From Eledone cirrhosa (taxonomy: Eukaryota), in contig OZ024742.1 of assembly GCA_964016885.1 (NCBI GenBank), positions 16,864,001 to 16,928,000 of the forward strand: DNA of 64,000 nucleotides, written 5' to 3'. Shown here piece after piece: positions 55,236 to 64,000 of this stretch. Each line of letters begins with the position of its first letter. Positions within the stretch are counted from its first letter, which is position 1. The notes below the pieces were generated by a model. The model saw nothing but the letters and a program-made list of their open reading frames with translations, made no database searches and was not told the origin of the DNA. A program made the translations under genes and the position numbers.

Positions 55236-58200
55236 ATCAATTGAGAGTTGGCTGTTTGAACGCGCGGGGCCTGGGCTCAGCTTGGAAGAAAGCAAAGCTA
55301 CTAAGTGACCTCAGGTCACGAAGTATAGATGTGATGGTTGTTTGCGAGAGTCGGATCAGCAGCGTGCGACAGCTGGCTCCCGCCTTCGATGACTTTGAGA
55401 TACACGCATCTCTCTGTCAACCCGGAGGCGGAGGGGGGGGGGAGTTGCCGTACTGCTGGATAAACGTCTGGCTCTCGACGTACAGATTGTTCACTCGGAC
55501 CCGGGGGGTCGATTACTGGTGCTGGACGTCGGAGGCGGTGAAGGCGGGGCTTTCAGACTGGTCGGTCTTTATGCCCCCTTCGGGGCTGAAAGAGCCGACA
55601 TCTTCCAGCGTCTGGAGACTTTTCTAGGAACGTCGCGTTCCCTGCTTTTAGTGGGGGACTGGAATGGAATCCTAGATGCGCGTTGGGACTATGCAGGGGC
55701 ATGTCCCGATAGAGAGGGGTGTAGCAACCTCAAGGGGTTACTCCATCGATTCGACCTGGTCGATACATTTCGACTAGATTGTCCAACTGCGCCAACCTGG
55801 ACCTGGGCAAACCGCACTGGACAATCTAGATCGTACCTAGATAGGTTTTTGGTTAGGAGTAAGGATAGGGACGTATTTAGTTGTCCAGAATTGATCATGG
55901 TTGGCTATTCAGATCACAAATTAGTGACCTGCGTGGTCAACCTTGATAGAACGCATAGACAGGGTCCCGGTTACTGGAAGATGAACTTGTCCTTGCCGGC
56001 AAAGAAAGATTACAGGAACCGGATTAGTAGCTTAGTTAAGATGCGGTTGACGGGAGCGATCGTCAACAGTAGGTGGTGGGTATCTCTAAAGAGAGAGATT
56101 AGAGTAAGTTCGATAGGTTACAGTAAGGAACTAGCGGCGAATAGAAATAGGAAGGAAAGGGAGTTAACAGATAAACTAGAAGAGGCGATTAGGAGCGGAG
56201 ACGTAGCCAGAGTGTTAGCGGCGAGAACGGCGTTGAGCCAGTTCTTTGACGCGAAGCACGAAGGCTGCGTTGTCCGAAGTAAAATACGTGCTTTAGGAAA
56301 CGAGGGGACCAAAGCTGTTAGCTGGGCCCGCGTGACAGAAGCCAAGAGTGGGATTAAATCCACCATTCGGTCTTTGCGAGACCAGGATAGACGGGTGATC
56401 CTTGAACCTGAGCGGATGTGCGAGCACTTTCAAAGACACTTTGCTCGACTGTTCGGAGGGGGTGGGGGGCCGGACGGGGATATGGACTTCGGTCCATACC
56501 TCGACGGTCTACCGCGTCTTTCGAGCGGCGAAGCGGAGTGCTGCGAAAGGCCAATCACAGCCACTGAAATCGGGGAAGCGCTCAGCCAATGCAGCAGACG
56601 CAAATCTCCGGGTCTCGATGGTCTACCATACGAACTTTATTTAGCTATGCCGGTCTTGTTCTCCGAACTCCTCGAGGCTGTCTATTGCAACTGGCAACAG
56701 AACGGGAGAATTCCCTGTTCTGTGACCAAGGGCGTGGTCACGCTAGTGAGGAAGGACGAGAGCAAGGGGGACGACTTAAGTAACTTTAGGCCCATAACTC
56801 TGCTGAATGCAGAGTTACAGATTTTGGCCAAGGTGTTGGCGAAGAGGTTGGCGCTTTTGGTGGGTGGTTTGGTGGGAGACGCGCAGACATGCGCTATCCC
56901 GTCCAGGTCCATTCACGACAACCTCCACCTCATGCGATACATCATAGAGAGGGTTGGCAACGAACCCGGCTTTGGTGGGGCCCTGATCAACTTGGATCAA
57001 TCTAAGGCGTTCGATAGGGTCGACCATGGTTACCTGGATGCGGTGCTAGCGGCGGCGGGCTTCTGACCCGTTTTCAGGGGCTGGATTTCTGCCATGCACA
57101 GTGGCAACATCTACTCTAGGATTAAAGTAAACGGCTACCTCTCGGAGCAGTTACAAATCACCCGGTCCATCAGACAGGGGTGCCCCCTCTCCTCCCTTCT
57201 GTACGTATTGACTCTCGAGCCACTACTGCGGAAGTTGGAGTTGCTGCGGGGCATACCCCTGGAACCGGGATTGCACAAAGCGGTCTCGGCCTATGCCGAC
57301 GACGTAACAGTAATGGTGGCGGACGCCTCGGAAATCGGGGCGATCGCCACCCTACTGGAGGAATACGAAAGGCTGACGAGGGCTAGGCTGAACCAGGACA
57401 AGTCAGTCGGTTTGCAACTCGGAACGTGGAGGGGCAAACCGATGCCGTTAGACGGTGTCGTCGGGCGGTGGACGGAGGGCCTGGTGAAGCTGCTCGGGGT
57501 CTGGTTCGGACCGGACCTCCAGGTGGAGAAGAATTGGGGCGAGGTGACGAGCAGGATGTTTGCGCTGACTCAGAAGTGGGCCAAGTGCAAACTATCACTG
57601 AAAGGTCGGGCGGAGGTGTCGAACGCTTACATAGCGTCCGTCATCTGCTACCGCCTGACCGTCGTGCCTTGCCCCAAGGAAAAGATCACCATCATGGAAC
57701 GCATGCTCTTCCTGTTCCTCTGGAAGAAGCGGCCTCCCATGGTGAGGAGATCCATCTGCTGCCAGCACCCTTCGAAAGGAGGGCTGGGTATGCCGTGGCT
57801 GTTGATGCGTAGGCACGCATTGAGGCTACGGCATCTACAGGTATTCCTCACCGGTCAGCCGATGTGGGCCCCGTTTGTGAGGCGAGCCTTCCCACAGCTC
57901 GTCTCGCTCACCGAGCTGCAATCCTGGGTGAATCAAAGACCGAGAAAACTGGGCAACTGGCACACCGAGTGTGCCCAGGCGCTCACGGCTTTCTGGCAAG
58001 CGGACCCGACTGTCAGTGGAGAATCCAACTCGACATTCTATAGAGGGCTGGTGGCTAGCAGGGGCGACGACACCCTTGGAGAGTCGCTAGGCATGGAGGA
58101 GGACGAACTGGCCAGCCTGTTCGGTAGAACTTTCGACCCGGGACCCATGGACAACTTCCAGAGGTCCCTAGCCTGGCAGTGTTACCGGGGGGCGCTGCCC

Positions 58201-58674
58201 GTTCGAGAAAAGCTCTACAGACACGGGCGCCCGGGCAGGGATCCAGCGAAAAAGATCTGTCCCAGATGCGTGCGCGACGAGGAAACCGTTGCGCATGCAC
58301 TGGTACACTGCCCGGGCGTTGCCGATCTGTGGGGCTACGTCGAACGACTGCTGTCGCGTGTGGCGCCGATTCGATTAACCGCCGAGTCTGTGGTAAATAT
58401 CAAGCCGCCTTCTCCCTTCAGAAATGAAGCAGAGGCGGTCTTTCTGTGCGTAATAGCCATGATGAAAGAGGTTGTGTGGTGGACGCGCCTGAAAGGTCTG
58501 AGGTCGGGTGACTTTCTCTCCGGCCATCACCTGGTTTACTTCTTCCGATACCACTTCGGAAGAAGGATCAGGATGGAGAGAGAAGTGCTTGGCCCCAGAC
58601 AGTTTTATGAAAGGTGGGTGAAAGAAGCGAGAACTGCTCGTGTAAATGGGCCTTCTCTCTACATTGTTCTGTAG
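55230..58674 (+). pseudogene. Copy C ORF2 (APE endonuclease, reverse transcriptase, C-terminal CCHC finger)
   Basis: RVGCLNARGL, GDWNG, SYLDRF, YSDH, GPGYWKMN, KSPGLDG, FRPITLLN, DQSKAFDRV, IRQGCPLS, YADD, CPRC..EETVAHALVHC; lesions: ATG>ATA, G-run frameshift at about 55433-55442, GGA>TGA at 57064. Confidence 0.93.
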
Positions 58675-58905
58675 GTGAAGAAGTGAAGAGGAAAGGGGGA
58701 GCGCCTCCTCTCTGGGCTTCCCCCGCGTAAAAGGTTGCACACTTTTTGGGGGTATGTGCAATCCCCCACACGCTCCCTCTCTTTTGAGGACTTTTTATTA
58801 TTATATTATTATTGTTATTCCTTTTTTCTTTACTCGATTTATGTAAACTCCCCCCACTGTGTATTTGTCCCCTTCTTTTGTGCCCTCGTGGCAAATAAAT
58901 AGAAA

Positions 58906-59041
58906 TCTATCTATCTATCTATCTGTCTGTCAGTCTGTCTGTCTCTCTCTGTCTCTCTCTCCCTTTCTATCTATCTATCTATCTATTTATCTATCTACCT
59001 AGTTATCTATCTATCTATATATTTATCTATATATCTATCTA
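58906..59041 (+). repeat. (TCTA)n/(TCTG)n/(TC)n compound tract after copy C
   Basis: Direct reading. Confidence 0.95.
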
Positions 59042-59764
59042 CCCCTTTTCTCTCCCACACACATCCTTACAAACAGATACATACTCACAAAACGACGTTC
59101 GCTCATAACATTTACATACGCTGTTATGATATTTAATTTTGCTATTGTAATATTGAACGCTATCAACCTGAGCGATAAGACGGAATTAATTAAACAGCAA
59201 TTACATATAAAATTCTAAGACAAAATAAAAGAAATTACTAGAAAGAACTGTTGTTATATAGTGGCGTCACCAAGCAGTAGATAACCAATATAAATATTAG
59301 CAATATTTATATTTTACTATTGGATCAGGCATAATTTTGTTTGAACAACTGTAAGCAAAACCTATGTTCAAATACAATATTAACAATAGACATAGTTTGT
59401 TGTTTCTCTTTCTCTCTCAGTGTTTTTAAAAACAAAACCTTTTACGCCTCATATATCTTTAATCAGAAGGTTAAAGAGTGTATATACAGCTTTGTAAACA
59501 GCCCGATAGATCGCCGAAGATATTAAACTGTTGATCCTAGCTAGACAAGTAAACTTGAGGCGTTCTCTGTTTGTCCATTGATTCTTCGTCCTATTATCAT
59601 TGTGAGCGTAATGTTTCTAGTTTATTACCTTTTTCCTTTCACGAGATGGATATCATTCATTATTCGTGGCAATAATATTTCGACACATTGTTTGAACGCA
59701 GCTTAGGTCATTTTATTTCATTTCGATAAAAGAGAAAATGAAACGTATATATACATGTATATAT

Positions 59765-59845
<81 letters not shown>

Positions 59846-59846
<1 letters not shown>

Positions 59847-60021
59847 GTTATTCCGGGTTGAATCGGAGGTAACCACAGTAAGTAAGGTACTCAATACATA
59901 GCAGAGTATAACAGTTTTAATATAGATGAGATTCTACAGGACTAGAACTGTTTCATTCATTAGAAGAGATTCCTGATGATTTCTAATGAATGAAACAGTT
60001 CTAGTCCTGTAGAATCTCATC

Positions 60022-60026
<5 letters not shown>
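59846..60026 (-). mobile_element. PLE-type terminal fragment (family 3) with a fold-back, inside (TA)n
   Basis: Arms 59920-59965 and 59981-60026; CTGATGA at 59973 and GAAA at 59992; homologous to 12513-12703. Confidence 0.6.
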
Positions 60027-60052
<26 letters not shown>

Positions 60053-60338
60053 GTTTCATTCAACCACCCCCACCCCCACACACCTCACACCCTTTCACCA
60101 CTTATTTCGTTTTCATTATTTTTACTCTTTTAAAATTTGTTTTCCTTCCCTTTAATACCCCCCCCCCCCTTTAATGTCTTTCCACCACTGCCCCTCAACC
60201 CTCCGAACTCTTTTCCTTCCCACTTTTCTCCTGATAAAGGGCTTACGCCTGTGACGTCCCCCCCCCCCACTCTCAAGCGTGAACCTAATACTAACACTTT
60301 GTACTGCACTCTTCGTTATTGTTTTTGTTTTCTGTTTT

Positions 60339-60383
<45 letters not shown>

Positions 60384-60428
60384 GTGTGTAGAAAATGAAA
60401 CGTATGTATATATTTATACATATATATA

Positions 60429-61306
60429 CGAGGTGTGTCAGAAAAGTTCCAGGACTGATGTCACAAAAGATTTATTTCAAACCCAAACTTCACTCTAAGA
60501 ATGTTCTCCTTCAAAGTAATCCCCCTGGAGTCTAATGTACTTTTCCATCCTTTTCTGCCACGTTTGCATGCACTCCTGGAAGGATTCTTCCAGGATCCTC
60601 CGCAGTTCCGTCGTCACGACCTTTTTGATGTCGTCTACGTTTTCAGGTCGTACTTGAAGATCCATCACTCATCACCGGTGATGACTGTTTCTAGCAAGTC
60701 TGGTTCGGTTTCAAGACGCTCGAGGATGTCCTGGCACACTTACATGCGTCGACCCTTCTGGTCATGGTTCAGCAGTTTCGGCACCATCTTCGCGCAGACT
60801 TTCCGTATGTCCAAATCTTCAGTGAGAATATTCCAGACCCTGTCCCGATTCATGCCCAGCTCATTTACCATCAGTCTAACAGTCAGCCGACGATCGCTAC
60901 GTACCATCTGCCTGACGCGCTCAACGTTGACCTCAGTCCTGGTTGTTGATGGCCTTCCGCTCCTGGGGTCATCTTCCACGTCCTCACGTCCTTCTTTAAA
61001 CCTCTTGCACCACTCAAAAACACGTGAGCGTGACATCAGCTCATCTCCATACACTTGCTGCAGCAATCCCAGTGCTTCTGACGGAGTTTTCAAGTTTGTA
61101 CGTTGCTCTGTGCTCATTGCTTTACGACCTGAAACAGAGGACATGTATATAAAATTATGAAGAAAAAAGTTTGATCGCTGCAGAGAGCTAAGATTACAGT
61201 TACATACTCCAGGGGGATTACTTTGAAGGAGAAAACTTAGTGTGAAGTTTGGGTTTGAAATAAATCTTTTGTGACACCAGTCCTGGAACGTTTCTGACAC
61301 ACCTCG
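60429..61306 (-). mobile_element. Internally deleted mariner element with ~108-bp inverted termini and TA target duplication
   Basis: TA-CGAGGTGTGTCAGAAA..TTTCTGACACACCTCG-TA; transposase VYGD..VFEWCKRFKEGREDVEDDPRSGRP..KMVPKLL..ITGDE*WI, then a jump to ..QGDYFE. Confidence 0.92.
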
Positions 61307-61727
61307 TATATATCCATATATATGTATATATATATGGAAATGCAGAAGTTTTAACACATGTTCACCTATGTAAATATAAAACATTAACTGAGAAAGATTA
61401 AAATATATGTGATGCAGTTAAAAATGAAGACTTTTCAAAGGTATTCTCCCGAAAGAAACTTGTAAACACTAATTGTAAATTGTTACACGTAAATTCGGCA
61501 AATCGTTAACCGTCTTTGGCAATGGAAATTCCTTGATAAAATTCCCACCTATGTTCCTCATCCGTCTGTTAGTGTTATATTTTGATTCGGAAGGTTTCTA
61601 TCAAATTACACGAATAAAACGTGCAATAATAGAAATCTTTCAGACGTAAACTCCATCAATGATGGTGCTTTCTCAAGAAACTGTCATGTCTTTTATTCTC
61701 TATATTAAACTACCCCCTTTCATCTCT

Positions 61728-61880
61728 AATAATTGTTTCTACTTTTGGCACAAGGCCAGCAAATTACTCAGTACATTACTGGTACTTTATTTTATCGACC
61801 CCGTAAGGATGAAAGACAAAGTTAACCTTGGCAGGATTTGAACTCAGACCATAAAGGGCCGTAACTCTCTGCTGCAAAGC
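61728..61880 (-). mobile_element. SINE family A copy
   Basis: Reverse complement of body and head. Confidence 0.8.
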
Positions 61881-62071
61881 GTTACGGCCCTTTATGGTTC
61901 TAATAATGTTAATTCCTATACAGATAACACGTGTTCCACCATAAACCTTCAAACATATGTGTTATCCATATGCAATCTCTACACCTTACGTTAAACCTTC
62001 TTTATATCTCCATCAACAAAGATTTCAAGAGCATCTTATTATAGGATCATAACAATATTCTCTTATTTATC

Positions 62072-62219
62072 ACCCCCAACTCACCACCATCGGCATGGGG
62101 TTGGGTACCCCCCAACTCACCACCATCGGCATGTAGTTGGCTACCCCCAAACTCACCCCCATCGGCATGGAGTTGGCTACCCACAACTCACCATCATCGG
62201 CATGGAGTTGGCTACCCAC
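62072..62219. repeat. ~33-35-bp minisatellite, about 4 units, each self-complementary
   Basis: CCCCAACTCACCACCATCGGCATGGAGTTGGCTA repeated. Confidence 0.85.
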
Positions 62220-62359
62220 AGCTGTGAACATCGCCCACTTGAACGGCTCTTCCAACGAGCCTCCCTCACGGAAATATACATTTCTCAATATATTTAATCC
62301 TTTAGATTCATTAATCCACTACCATAACTACATTGTATTATAATATTTAAAGGTGGGGG

Positions 62360-62542
62360 GTGGCAGTGTCGGTAGAAGGTCGGACGCCATGCTTTGCAGC
62401 AAAGAGTTACGCCCATTTATGGTCTGAGTTCAAATCCCGCCGAGGTTAACTTTGCCTTATATCCGTACAGGGTCGATAAAATAAAATACCAGTAATGTAC
62501 TGGGTAATTGCTGGCCTTGTGCCAAAAGTAGAAACAATTATA
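62360..62542 (+). mobile_element. SINE family A copy
   Basis: Full head and body. Confidence 0.82.
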
Positions 62543-62717
62543 ATATTTAAGTTAAGAAGTTAGCTTTACATGGTGGTGGAGCAAACTTCTTAACGAGATG
62601 ACTATACTTGAGCGTAGAAATATCCACGATCCCGAGCAGACAACTGATGAAGAAACATTTTCTCCCGTTCTCATTTATAAGTACACCTTATCCAGCAACT
62701 ACACAGCCCCTGTTTCT

Positions 62718-62754
<37 letters not shown>

Positions 62755-62849
62755 TCACGTCTCTAATTCTCTAATTCTGTATCATCCCGCAATTGAATCT
62801 CTAAAATTTGTAACCATTTCTGTGCATCATATTCAGTAATGGTTCATCC

Positions 62850-63035
62850 TACTCATGCCACCCCTGGCAGTGGAGACTTCTGGTGTCCTCGGCACCAGGG
62901 CTACCTCCCTACTCACCACCATAGGCGCTGAGCTGGCCAGCCGCAGTGTGAGCCCCGCGAGATGGAGTGGCTTTTCCACCGCGTCTCTCTTGCCGTCCTC
63001 CGCGGAAACGCCTTCTCCCTCCTGTCCGCGGGGCT
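62850..63035 (+). mobile_element. CRE-clade non-LTR retrotransposon C-terminal (restriction-like endonuclease) fragment
   Basis: PLAVETSGVLGTRATSLLTTIGAELA / EPREMEWLFHRVSLAVLRGNAFSLL matches the CRE pattern P.AVET.G..G...QR.S.A..RGNA. Confidence 0.7.
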
Positions 63036-64000
63036 GTGTGTGTGTGGGGGGGGGGGGGGGAGCATCGCGTAACATTCCAAACACAAAACCTGTTTATTTA
63101 GTCTCCATCTATCTATCTATTTGTCAGTTAAAAGCTGGTCTTTCTTTTAACATTTTAGAGAGAGAGGCACAATGTTGAATTACATGACTTTATGTAAGTG
63201 TATGGGAGAGAGAATTAAATCATTATTATTATTTACTCACAGAGTAACAACTGTATCTAAAAGACTCGACGATCTCCCCGGAAAATGTACATATCGAGTA
63301 ATATTGTCAAATCTCAATGAGGCTTTATTGGAATACTTCTTCTATGCGTGGGGTGGCTACACACGAAAAGATCGTAGACTGCACCCAAAAGAAAGTCACA
63401 GGATGATAATAGAGGGATTACCAATGTGCTCCACTGTACTTTCCGAAACTCAGTGTCTGTCACTTTAGCTCTTCAACTGCTACTACTAGCCAATGCGCTC
63501 CTCAGAGCTTGTTAGGTTCACACATCTTCCACTAATACGCACTCGAAATATTTAGCTCTCTTCTCTCATTCCACATTCTGCTTCTCCTTTCACAGACTAA
63601 ACATTTTGCTTAATATTTCCTCTCTAGAAGCGTTGCTGCATGTCGCAATCAATGTCTGGAATGGTATAATTTAAGATTTGTAACGAATGATTGATTCAGA
63701 AGTATGTGTAAGTAGATGGATTAATATTAAGAGCAATATATATGTTGAAGGAATAATGTGATAGTATTAACCCTAGTACAATAAAACTCTACATTATATA
63801 ATTGATCTGAGGATATCAAACAGAATCGGTACAATTATGAATATTGTGGTTAAAAGTAGGTTACTTTAAGTTCGAAATTAAAATCTCGAGGAAGACAATT
63901 TTGCGTTGCTTTGTTTTGCTGTCACTTAAATGATTAAAAAAACTCTATTGTGAAAAACTTTAGGACTTGCGTCAACTTGAAAAATCGATATGTTAATCAA

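Larger units (their letters stand above)
53144..58905 (+). mobile_element. Tx1/L1-clade retrotransposon copy C (full-length, nearly intact)
   Basis: 5' UTR, ORF1, ORF2, 3' UTR, AATAAATAGAAA then (TCTA)n. Confidence 0.95.

Noticed and set aside
42722-58905. Array as a telomeric HeT-A/TART-like terminus
   Set aside because: Ordinary interspersed sequence continues downstream, and there are no telomeric repeats.
62072-62219. CRISPR-like palindromic repeats
   Set aside because: No unique spacers, no cas genes, and eukaryotic context.
63172-63468. 98-aa ORF after a short (TCTA)n as a fourth Tx1 copy or a host exon
   Set aside because: No recognisable similarity to copies A-C or to a known protein.

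Overview
AT-rich, microsatellite-dense animal (eukaryotic) genomic DNA. The repeat content resembles octopus/cephalopod genomes, but that is an inference from recalled repeat motifs. I can support no intact host gene; the window is intergenic or intronic and almost entirely transposon-derived. Main contents: (1) a head-to-tail array of three diverged, near full-length Tx1/L1-clade non-LTR retrotransposons (42.7-58.9 kb), each ending in AATAAA..GAAA followed by (TCTA)n, with the least decayed copy downstream; (2) several Penelope-like elements (PLE; RT + C-terminal GIY-YIG, CxCx5Cx5C linker) with tandem or inverted pseudo-LTRs, plus many solo terminal fragments, nearly all ending in (TA)n tracts; (3) at least six hammerhead ribozymes with canonical cores and about seven degenerate ones in those termini, including a textbook minimal type-I motif at 10554-10598 inside a near-perfect 178-bp fold-back; (4) RTE and CRE LINE fragments, two tRNA-type SINE families, an internally deleted mariner, piggyBac-type MITEs, a Helitron-like element and a decayed histone H3 copy; (5) a 200-N assembly gap. 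Most short ORFs in the supplied track are microsatellite or antisense artefacts. All alignments and folds were done by eye.
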